A stretch of DNA of 64,000 nt from Mobula hypostoma (taxonomy: Eukaryota). Shown one piece after another: positions 12,760 to 24,423 of this stretch (positions are counted from its first letter, which is position 1; each line of letters starts with the position of its first letter). The stretch is taken from the NCBI RefSeq assembly GCF_963921235.1, contig NC_086110.1, positions 31,124,001 through 31,188,000 on the forward strand, written 5' to 3'. The notes beneath the pieces were generated by a model. The model worked only from the letters and a program-made list of their open reading frames with translations, did not search any database and was not told the DNA's origin. The position numbers and the translations under genes were made by a program.

Positions 12760-15755
12760 TTTAAACTAATACGGCAGGGGGATGGGAACAAGGATGAAAG
12801 AGCTGAGGATGAGCCAGCAGGTTTACAAGTAGATGATGGATGTAACAAGAATATAAGGAAGGACAAGCCAATGGTTAGGTACAAATGCAGACAGTGCAAA
12901 AAGTTAAATTATACCACAGAGGCAAAATTCAAAAGGTCGAAGAATGCAGGACAGAAGGCAAACTTCGGAATAAAATGGATGAACTCGTGGTGCATTTAGA
13001 GATTGTTTGGTATGACATTGTGGGCTTCACTGAGTCATGGCTGAAAGAGGGTTATTGTTGGCAGCTTAACATCAAAGAATATACTTTGTATTGAAAGCAC
13101 AGGCAGGAAAGCATAGGCACTGGTGTGGCTCTGTTGGTAAGAGATGGAATTACATCTTTAGAAAGAGGTGACATAGGGTCAGAGAATGTTGAATCTTTGT
13201 GGGTGAAGTTATGAGACTGCAACGGTTAAAAGGCCATCATGGGAATCATATATAGGCCTCCAAATAGTTGCCAAGATGTAGGGTTGAGATTGCAAAGGGA
13301 GTTGGAAAAGGCATGTAATAGGGATAATGACACAATTGTAATGGGGGACTTTAATATGCAAGGGGATTGGGAAAATCAGGTTTGTGTCGGATCGCAAGAG
13401 AGGTATTTTGTTGAATGCCTACAAGATGGCTTTTTAGAGCAGCTTGTGCTTGAGCCTACTCAGGGAAAGGCTATCTTAGATTGGATGTTGTGCAATAACC
13501 CAGATATTATTAGGGAGCTTAATGTAAAGGGTTCCTTAGAAGGCAGTGATCATAATATGATTGAATTCATACAGCAATTGGAGAGGGAGAAGCACAACTC
13601 ACATGTATCAGTACCGCAATGGAATAAAGGGAATTACAGGGGCATGAGAGAGGAGATTGTCCAGGTGGATTGGAGCAGGATACTGGTGGGGATGACAGGA
13701 GAGCAGAGACGTCTGAAGTTTCTGGGAATAGTCCATAAGGCACAGGGTAGATATGTCCCACAGAGGAAGAAGTTCTCAAATGGCGGGTCTAGCTAACCAT
13801 AGCTGGCAAGGAAAGTTAAGAACTGTATAAAAGCCAAGGAAAGGGCATGTAAGGTAGCAAAAAGTGAGTGGGAAGTTGGATGATTGGGAAGCTTTTAAAA
13901 TCCAAAAAAAGGCAACTAAAAAGTTATAAGAAGGGAAAAGGTGAAAGATGAAGGCAATAATATAAAGCAGGATACCAAAAGTTTTTACAGTTGTATAAAG
14001 AGTAAAAGGGAGGTGAGAATTGATATTGGACCATTGGAAAATGATGCTGGTGAGGTAGTAATGGGGGACAAAGAAATGGCAGATGATCTAAATGGGTACT
14101 TTGCATCTGGCTTCACTGTGGAAAACACTAGCAGTGTGCTAGAAGTCTGTGAGTGTCAGGAGCAGGAGTGAGTGTCATTGCTATTACAAAGGAAAAAGCA
14201 CACGGCAAACTCAAAGGTCTTGAGGTGGATAAGTCACCTGGACCAGATGGACTATATCCCAGAGTCCTGAGAGAGGTTGCTGAAGAGATAACAGATGCAT
14301 TGGTCATCACCTTTCAAGAATTACTTGATTCTGGCATGGTCCTGAAGGACTGGCAGATTGAAAATGTCACTCCACTCTTTAAGAAGGGAGGAAGGCAAAA
14401 GAAAGGAAATTATAGGCCAGTTAATCTAACCTCAGTGGTTGGAGTCTACTATTAAGAGTGAAGTTTTGAGGTACTTGGAAACTAATGATAAAATAAATCA
14501 AAGTCAGCCTGGTTTCTGTAAAAGGAAATCTTGCTTGACAAATCTGTTAGAGATCTTTGAGGAATTAACAAGTAGGGAGGACAAAGGATAGGCAGTGGAT
14601 GTCATTTACTTGGATTTTCAGAAGGTGTTTGTTAAGGTGCCACACATGAGGCTGCTTAACAAGATAAAATCCTATGGCGTTACAGGAAAGATACTGGCAT
14701 GAATAGCAGAATGGCTAACAGGCAGGAGGCAGCAATTGGAAATAAAAGGGGCCTTCCCTGGTTGGCTGTCAGTGACTAGTGGTGTTCCTCAGGGATCAGT
14801 ATTGGGGCCGCTGCTTTTCACATTGTTTGTCAATGATTTAGATCGTGAAATTGATGGCTTTGTGGCAAAGTTTGTGGATGATACAAAGATAGGTAGTGCT
14901 GAGGAAGCAATGCAATTGCAGCAGGACTTGGACAAATTGAAGAATGGGCAAAAAAGTGGCAGATGGAATACAGTGTTGGGAAATGTATGATAATGCATTT
15001 TGGTCAAAGGAACAATAGCACAAACTATTATCTAAATAAGTTCAAACATCAGAGCTGCAAGACTCCCAGAAGGTTAATTTACAGGTTAAATCTGTGGTAA
15101 AGAAGGCAAATACAACATTGGCATTTATTTCAAGGGGAATAGAATATAAAAGCAAGGAGGTAATGCTGAGCCTTTATAAGACAGTAGTCAGGCTGCATTT
15201 GGTGTATTGTCAACAGTTTTGGGCCTCATATCTCAGAAAGAATGTGTTGCTATTGGAGAGAGTCCATAAGAAGTTCACAAGGATGATTCTGGGAATGAAG
15301 AGGTCAACATATGAGGAGTGTTTGGCAGCGTTGGGCCTGTACTCAGTGAAATTTAGAAGAATGCATGGGGATCTCAATGAAACCTACTGAATGTTGAAAG
15401 GACTAGATAGGGTGGATGTGGAGAGGATGCTTCCTCTAATGGGGGTATCCAAAACTAGAGGGCACAACCTCAAAATTGTGGGGCAACCCTTTAGAACAGA
15501 GGTAAGAAGGAATTTTTTTAGTCGGAGTACTAAATTTGTGGAATGCTCTGCCACAGACTGCCGAGGAGGCCAAGTCCATGGGTATATTTAAGGCGGAAGT
15601 TGATCGTTTCCTGATCGGTCAGAGCATCAAAGGATATGGCGAGAAGGCAGGTTCATGGGGTTGAGTGGGATCCAGGATCGACAATGATGGAATGGTGGAG
15701 CAAAGTCAATGGGCTGAATAGCCTAATTCTGCTGCTATGCCCTTATGGCCTTGTG
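12760..15755 (+). mobile_element. CR1 LINE: ORF1 end, degenerate ORF2 (APE + RT) and 3' UTR
   Basis: YDIVGFTESW, GIIYRPPN, MGDFN, GSDHNMIEF, KSPGPDG, GNYRPVNLTS, SGVPQGSVLGP, FVDDTKI; CR1-type 3' end. Confidence 0.93.
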
Positions 15756-16849
15756 ATCTGTAGGCCTTCACTGCCAATCTATTGCAGTGGAAGTAGTCAT
15801 ATGCCTCTTGCCTTTCAGTTTACTTTCCTTTGAACACTCAGCAGACCTCAGAGAGTGCAAGAGTAGAGGACCTCTCTTCAGCTCTGTTGTAGGACTTCGT
15901 CAATAAAACATTTGAGTTGTTTTATGTGCTCAGCAAAAGCTACAGCCCTTTACTTCCATTAAGAACAAACCAAAACCAGTCCTCTTCCACTGACTTAATA
16001 ATGTCAGACACCACCTCAATGATCGTATATGTGAATTATGTCGAACAGTTTCTATTACGAACAGTATGTGTCATCTGCCACCCATTACATTACCCTACAC
16101 ATGCCCCCCTCACCAGTATGACCTGCTGAGCTTGGATCCTATATGCCTTGGTTGGAGTAACAGCAGATGCCTTTGGCTCATACAGAGCTGTGCTGGCATG
16201 CACGTGGTCATGTCATGATGCAGGGTATACAGTAGTGGAACTATCTAGGTCCTGCTGGGCCAGTCTAAGGTGATCTACAGAAACAGAGTGACACCATATC
16301 TTTGCAGTAATGTTGATGGAGGCCTCACCCCAAACAACAGCCCAAGGAATCCTAGATATAAACAAGCTCAATTGAATATTTTGCACTCATTCCCATCATA
16401 TTTTTTTATCACCAAAGTTATTTTATGATACAGTGATTGGGTTAGTTCTGGACGTTCAGACGTACACTGACATATGGCCACCCATCCATTCCATGAATTG
16501 TGAAAGAGAACCTATGAATGGGGAAAAAAGGCAAAATACTATGTTAAACCAGTAATGTTTTCCCCCTAATTCTATACATTCGAGAGAATGGGGAATGGGG
16601 AATGGGGAGACCATGTCACAGTGTCTTTGTCTCAGTACAAAATGAGTAACATTGGATCCGTAGCTTGGTTTACATCCCACTCCTTTGAAATTGAAATTGG
16701 GTTGTGTTTAAAATGAGCAAGTAATTTGCTGCTGACTACCTCACTAATTGTGATGATCCAGGTTGCTTACCTTGCAACCTTTTTGTAATACTTTGAGGTA
16801 AGATCTCCATCTCTCCTGTTGTGTTGATGTGGAAGAATTGGGGTTTGAA

Positions 16850-17310
16850 AGAAAGAATTGCTTTATTTGCCACAAGTACATCAAAACATACAGTGAAATC
16901 AAATCAAAAATGCGAGGTTTGTGCAGTCTGCAAGTGTCACCATGCTTACAGTCCCAACGTAGCATGCCCACAACTTTCAAAGTTCAAATAAAATTTAATA
17001 TCAAAGTACATATGTGTCACCATATATAACCCTGAGTTACATCTTCTTCCAAGTATGCTCAGTAAATGCAACAACCATAACAGAATCAATGAAAGACCAC
17101 ATCAACAGGGCAGACAACCATTGTGCAAAAGGCAACAAACGGTGCAAGTCCTTTCTAACCCCAAATTTAACCATATGTCGTTGGAATCTGGGAGGAAAGC
17201 GAAGCACCCAAAGGCACATACAAACTACTTAGTAGCGGGAATCAAACCTCAATCAGTGATCACCAGCGCTGTAAAGTGGTTGCACTGACCACTGTGATAC
17301 TCTGCCACCC
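16850..17310 (-). mobile_element. V-SINE-like tRNA-derived SINE, interrupted at ~16976-17150 by the 3' end of another retroposon
   Basis: The reverse strand begins gggtggcagagtatcacagtggtcag with a degenerate B box. The nested piece ends in the (ctttgaa)n-type tail shared with 30200-30240 and 52780-52820. Confidence 0.55.
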
Positions 17311-19769
17311 CTAGGACATGGAAGCTCTTATAACCTTGGTCTCTTGGAATCCTGTTGCATTTTCAAAGATTAATAAATTGAAGAGCAAGAACCATATGGC
17401 TATTCTAAAAGAGGCGGCAGGGTCCACTATGAGAACTACAGAGGTTTGAAAGGATTTTTTCCCCCTTTTTTAAGGGGGTTGGTAGACTAATGGAAGTATA
17501 TTCTTGTAGGAGTGTCTGCTACATAAGTTGAAGAAAGAGTCAACTTTCCTTACTTGAGCAGCAGCCAAAATATATCTCTGTTGACCCTTTATACTTTGGA
17601 GCAACTAACACCAAAGCTCATCAGCTGACAATTCTGTATGTTATTAGATGAGTGGTACTGAGATATTGAAATTTGTAAAAATTATCCTCACAAGAAATTA
17701 TAGATAAATAATACACACCACATTGAATTATTTCCCTCATATAAGAACAATTTTGAAGCTTCTTGGGGAAAATTTATTTGGAACAGGGTTTTGCAAACAC
17801 AACAAAATTCTAATGAGCTGTATAGAGCAATGGTTAATGCTCATAAATTATGAATAGATTGATCATGAATCACATTTAATCAATGCTAAGATCTATAATT
17901 GTTGTGCCTCTGGTTATTATTAGCATAGATTAAGTTATTCTCTTTACTTGTAATATTTATGATCATAGACAGCAGAATACAATTTCAGGTCTGATACTCA
18001 AGTTATCATTTAGCAGTTTGATATAGGAAGTAGCCCAGGCACGTGATTTATGTTTCTCCATGCCTGGTGTCCTCATCTAATTAATCCTGTCAGTTCCTCA
18101 TATGAAATCTTCCACAGGTCTGCAGTTGTCATTGATAATGGTAATCTTTCAATCGATTAAGAAAATAATACTGAATGCACCGGCTTCACTTGCCACAGAT
18201 ATCTTAATCAACAAAACAAATCAATTTAAGAGCTAATGAAGGAGCACTTTGTGCATTTAAATATGGTTTAAATCAACACTGGAAAAGCAGAATTTATTCC
18301 TTACCATGCAACTTGGTATGTCCTGAAAATAATTTTTGGTCATGACTAATGCAGCAGAGTAGGCCACTAACAAAGAATAACTTCATTCCAGTCATGGCAT
18401 TAGTAATTAATAACAATTTTGATCTATTTTCTGTCCATACTAGTAATGGGATGGTATTGGAGTTATGCACAGAATGTATTTGTCAGAAACCAACAGAGGA
18501 AGTTAAATTTATGATGATGGTTTACCTAAAGTTCATATAAAGTTTATCTCACTGGCTTCTTTTACAAAGGAACCCATGAGGACTATATGCTATTAATTTC
18601 ATTATGGACACAAATAATCGATATTTTATCCAGCAAAGATGTAATTTTATAATTGACTCAGTAAATAAAACTACAAATATGAAATATCATCTGAAGTTAA
18701 ATATGAATGTATATGTAAGTACATTTTATTGTAGTAAAATATCACAAGGAGCTTCACACAAACCCTGACGCTGAGCGCCATCATATTGCCTTTATTTCCT
18801 CTAACATGAAAGATTGTCTTGCATATTTTCCATGTTCTTTCACAAGGGTTTTTCCTGTCACTACAAAAACACAGAAGGTATTGTTAAACAGCTCATTCCC
18901 CAAGTCTTGTTGTTACATGATGGGGAAACAGCATTTAAGTGGATTAATGTCTTTCAGCAAATCATTTTTATTATTTTTGAATGAAAAACAGTTTGACTGC
19001 ACCTTTATGATGTATATTAAAGAAATTTGTTTGATATGTATTAAATAAATTTGTTTGAAGGAGGCAATTCCCAGGCCACGATTTAATCTGCCTTTCCCTG
19101 GTGGGTATCACTTCTAGGTATCTGTGCTATTGCTAGTGCTTTTTTCAATCAGAGTTCTAAAGACCTGGAAACTGCTCTGCAAGATTATCACAAAGTAATT
19201 TGAATTAAATTTATTGGTTTGATTTTAAAGATGATATAAACTATTTCAAATAAAATTGCTCAGTTCCTCTACCAAATTTCAGAGATTTAAAGTGAACACT
19301 TCCTACACATAATTTCTGATTAAAAGATTTTTTTTAAGAAAAGAGGTAAATTTAAAAAAATAATTACGACCAGCAAGTAGAAATAACTCTGGGACTATGC
19401 TGCTTTGTTATGAATTTACAGTCGCTATAGAGATAACACAAAGGTTTCTTTTAAAGCAGAGACCCCTTTCGTTAATTCTATCCATGCATACTACCGAAAG
19501 GAATCATCATTAAGTTAATTGTTGTTGATTCAAAGAGGATTGGAAATAATGAGGTGACCACTCAGAGGTTTTGCAGACCTTCTGGTACCTTCCGAAATCC
19601 ACATGGATCAATGACATAGTCTGAACACTTGCTGTTTGGCTGCCCAGTTTGTGAGGCCAAAGTGACAAAACCAAGAGCCTGAAGCTAAAAGTGTTAAGCC
19701 TTTGGCATGGGTTTGGCTTACCCTTAGTAAATAACTTTAGATTTGTAGGCTGCAGCAGAGAAAAGTAAG

Positions 19770-22508
19770 ATGGCTCAGGTGAACCATGGCAATGTTCTGT
19801 GTGCTTCTAAATATACTTTTATGAACCTCTTTCAAATTACTCTCACTGCAATCTGCAACATGTAATTTCCCTCTAAGCAATACGCTTTTAAGTCAACTTA
19901 ATGATTCACGAATTTCGCGATCATTGGAAGGACTCAGTGGCCCAGTCAGTTGCAGTACTTTTAAGTGGACGAAGGTTCATTGCCATGGTTGGAAGTGAGG
20001 TGGCGGAGAGGGGCTGACTCCAAGCTTGGCTGAAACACAGAGGGGTGAGATCCCCTCCGTCCAGCATCTTGTTAGCAAATGTACAATCGCTAGAGAACAA
20101 AACTGAGGACCTGAGGGCAAACTTTCAGAGGAAAATGAAGAGCTATTGTTTTCTATATTTGACTGGACGTGGCTTTCTCCCAGTATACCACATACAGCTT
20201 CTTGTTTTACCAAATGGACGAAACTGCTGATTTAGAAAAGTGAAAAGGTGGAGGTGTGTGTTTCATGATAAACTCTTGGTGGTGCTCTTTTGTGGCAGTT
20301 TTGTGAAACTCATGTTCCCTTGACTTTGAACACCTAACTGTCAAATGCCATTAGTTCTATTTTCCTAGTGAGCCCTCCTCCGTAATCCTGACCACAGTTT
20401 ACATACCATCAGTGGCTGTCTATAATCAAGCGCTTGCGATACTGGATGATGCCATCTCCAAACAAAAAGCAGTCCATCCCAACGCATTTCAAATCATCGT
20501 TGAAGACTTCAACCAGCCTTGTTTGAAGAAAGCCCTGCCCAATTACCAGCAGCATATAACCTGTTGCACCAGAGGTCCAACCCACTAGACCACAGTTATA
20601 CTAAGATAATGAATGCCTACCATTCCATGCCCAGATCAGATTTCAGTAGATCAGGCCATTTGCCTGTCCTTCTCCTACCTGACAGGCAGAGGCTAAAGAG
20701 CAAAACTCCAGAGAGGTGGGTTTGGGAGGCAGAGGAGTGGCTATGGGTTTGTTTTGAGTCAGTGGACTGGGCCATGTTCAAGGACACATCTGTGGATCTG
20801 AATGAATACACCATGGTTGTCAAGGACTTTATTAAAACAGTTGTAGATAGGTGTATCCTCACAAAACCATTCAGAGTCTTCCCCAATCAGAAGCCCTGGA
20901 TGATGAACCATGAGACCTGCAGTCTGCTGAGATCCAAATCAGAGTCTGGTAACCAAGAAAGTATGCAGAGGTTCCAGGTATGGTCTCTGGAAAGCCACCT
21001 CATGGGTGAAGTGGCAATTCTAGACTAAACTTGAATGAATGAAGGATGCTTAACAATTGTGACACGGCTTGAATACTATCACCTCTTATGAAGTTAAATC
21101 AAATGACATAGGCGACAGCAGGGCTTTGATTCCAGATGAGTGCAATGCCTTCTATGATCACTTTATCCATGAAAACATGTAGAAAACATCACGAACTCCC
21201 AGATTCCTTGATTTTCCTATGATTTCCGGTTCTGAGGCTGCTGTGCATGCGGCCTTCAGCATGTTGAACCCACGTAAAGCATCTGGCCTAGATGGGGTAA
21301 ATGGCCAAGTACTAAAGATCTGTGCTGATCAACTGGCTGGAGTGATACTTTAAACTGATACCTTTAACCTCTCGCTTCGACAGTGTGGTATCCACCTGCT
21401 TCAAGCAGGCATCAATTATACTGGTGACCAAGAAGGGCGTGGTGACCTGCCACAATGACTATCACCCATTTGCACTTACATCCACTTTGATGAAGTGTTT
21501 TGAGAGGCTGGCAATGAAACATATCAACTCCTGCCTGAAAAGGGACTTAGATACCCTCCAATTTGCCTACCGGAGCAACAGGTTCAGAGCAGATGCCATC
21601 GCATTGGCTCTTCACTCAACTCTGGAACATCTGGACAGCAAAGGTGCATAAATTAGGGCACTCCTTATTGACTACAGTTCAGAATTTATACCATTTTCCC
21701 CTCAAAACCAATTAACCAGCTGAAAGATCTTTGCCTTGATACCTCCTTATGCAATTTGATCCTGGATTTCCTCACTTGCAGACTCCAGTCAGTTCCGATT
21801 GGCAATAACATCTCTTCCACAATCTCCATCAGCACAAGTGCACCACAAGTCTGTGAGCTTAGCCCCCTGTTCTACTCATTTTACACTTATGACTGTATGG
21901 CTAAGCACAGCTCCAATGCCAAATCAAAGGAGGTGATGAATTAGCCTATAGGGTGAAGATTGAAAATCTGGCTGAGTGGTGTCATAACAATGACCTCTTA
22001 ACTCAATGTCAGCAAGACTAAGGAGTTGATTATTGATTTCAGGAAAAGGAAACGAGATGTCCATGAGCCAGTCCTCATTGGAAGATCAGAGTTGGAGAGA
22101 ATTAGCTACTGTAAATTCCTTGGTGTTATTATTTTGGAGGATCTGTCCAGAGCCCAGCAAGTAATTGCAATTACGAAGAAAGCACAGCAGCACCTCCAAT
22201 TCCTTAGGAGTTTGTGGAGATTCAGCATGATATCTAAAACTTTGACAAACTTCTATAGATGTGTAGTCAAAAGTGTATTGACTGGCTGTATCGTAGCCTG
22301 GTATGCAAACACCAATGCCCCAAAATCCTCCAAAAAGTAGTGGATATGGCTCAGTCCATCACAGGCAAAGCCCCCCCCCCCCAATTATTGAACATATCTA
22401 CATAAAACGCTGTTGCAGGAAAGCAGCAACCATCATCAGGGACCCCCCCCCCCCACCATTGCTGAGGAATGCTGTTTTCTTGTTGTTGCCATCAGGGAGA
22501 TGTTCAGG
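19770..22508 (+). mobile_element. Rex1/Babar-type LINE, long degenerate copy (endonuclease + RT)
   Basis: SILLANVQSLENK, LDHSYT, FPNQKPW, NDYHPFALTSTLMKCFERL, LQFAYRSNR, IIDFRK, NFYRCVVKSVLTGCI. Confidence 0.88.
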
Positions 22509-22891
22509 TATCCCTTTAAACTGTGCTACTGCACCACGGCAGTGTCTTGTAAACTTAATTGGCCTGCAAGCCCTCAACAGCAGCTTCCTAGAGGAAACAC
22601 ATGGACTGCAATCTCAACAACATTTCAGTGGAGCCAGACATGGGGAGGAACGTCATTAGGCCAGAGGCTGACAGTCTTCTGTGCAAGTCCAATTCGCAAC
22701 CAAATTTCCTGAGCAATCCTGACTTAATCCAGACATCATTACAGTTGCACTCCACTCTGAAACAAATGATTTTTAAGTGTGTTGCACTTAAAATCAGCAG
22801 CATTGTCATGGACCCAGGAAAAGTAGACAGAGCATCACTAAATCAAAGAAGACACAGCAGAATCTGTCAACCAGATTTTTTTTTAGCACAA

Positions 22892-23139
22892 TCAAGTATT
22901 TCCAAGGTCATCATTGGGGAGGGAACGTCGACTCAGACCAGAGGCCTGCTTTGGGCATTTTCATGCCTTACAAGGCGCAGGTTGGAAGTCTGTGTGGGGT
23001 GTCACTCCTCGCACAGACACTAGAGCAATGTGTGGTTAAGTGCCTTGCTCAAGGACACAAACACACAGCCACAGCTGAGGCTCGAACTAGCGACCTTCAG
23101 ATCACTAGACGATCACCTTAACCACTTGCCCACGTGCCC
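22892..23139 (-). mobile_element. tRNA-headed SINE with a CORE-like domain
   Basis: Reverse strand: A-box-like TGGGCAAGTGG, B-box-like AGTTCGAGCC, then gtgtccttgagcaaggcacttaac. Possible TSD agcacaa at 22885-22891 and 23140-23146. Confidence 0.75.
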
Positions 23140-24344
23140 AGCACAAATTAGTGATAATATTTGTTTTAGCTGCCATGAACTGTTGTGTCTGATTACTGGT
23201 CCAAAAATTGTTCTAATCAGATCATCGTGGACTTAGACGATAGACCAGACTCTGCTCTTTGTTTGTGACTGTTGTGTTTTTATTTTTCAAGTGCAGAAAA
23301 TTGAAAAACCTGATGGTAAAAACATGAGACTGTACAAGTTCCTTCTCCAAACTAGGAAACAAGCCATAAATCTTTATATCATATCTAAAATCATTTTCAA
23401 TAAAAGAAGAACTAAAATCACATTAAAATATGAACAAATAGTTAATAATCTTAAAAAAAGTAGAATAACTTCCCTGTAGTTCTTTTCCTCTGCAGGGTGG
23501 TTGGCACATTGATTTAAACGGGGCCTCAAATACAATGCTGAGATGATGGAATGAAGCATATCTGTCCCTCCCCATATGTCACTGCTTCATCACTGGTTGT
23601 CATGGTAAGTCCTGCAGTGAAGTGGGAGGCCAGTGTACACTGGTATCTGACACCTTTCTCTGTGCTTGCATGGGTTTGAGGTGGCTGTGAGCAGATGACT
23701 CCCTTCAAAACTTTTCTTTATGACTCAGCTCAGTTAAGCGCAAGTTCTAGGTTGCTTTTCTTTGAAATTTTTTATATTGTTGATGTGAAAATACAGTAGG
23801 TGACTTTGAAGGGTACTGGATAAGATGCCTTATGTGACTTATTGACAAAGTTAAAACATCCAAGTTTGGGCAAGTGTGGCATCATAGAAAGTATAAGTAT
23901 AGAAACCCAAGACTGTGGCAAATAAATGTTTTTTTTTAGACAGAGGGAAATATGTTGTGCTATCCTTACAATTATTGTTTCCTTTCTGTATAAATGTTCT
24001 GGCTCAGATACAGTATAAAAGCTACTGTACTAACATCTGTCAATCACACAAAAATATAGTAACTCTAAAATGTGCTTCAAAGAACCTTAATTAGATTAGG
24101 GAATGGAATGGATTAATGTCAGCAAACCTTAATACTGAGAAACAGAAAATGATGTGTTTTAAAATAAAGGGGAATTAAATAATAAGATTTAGAGTGAAGC
24201 AGGGAATCAAATAGACTATTTTAAAATGGAACAATAACTAACAACCAGGGACCTTCATCAGAACTGGAAAAGAGGGAATTGAGGAAGTTTTAGGTAGCAG
24301 AGAAGGTGGGGGACTGGATGGGTAACTTCTTTATCTGTCTAAAG

Positions 24345-24423
24345 CAGGGGTTCCCAACCTGGAGTTAATGAAGCTCATGTTTAATGGTATTGGTCCATGG
24401 CATAAAACAGGTTGGAAAATCCA
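24345..24423. mobile_element. 79-bp hAT MITE
   Basis: Imperfect TIRs caggggttcccaacct / aggttggaaaatcca; 8-bp TSD gtctaaag at 24337-24344 and 24424-24431. Confidence 0.85.

Noticed and set aside
23070-23139. Possible tRNA gene on the minus strand
   Set aside because: It continues directly into a SINE body and lacks a convincing acceptor stem; treated as a SINE head.
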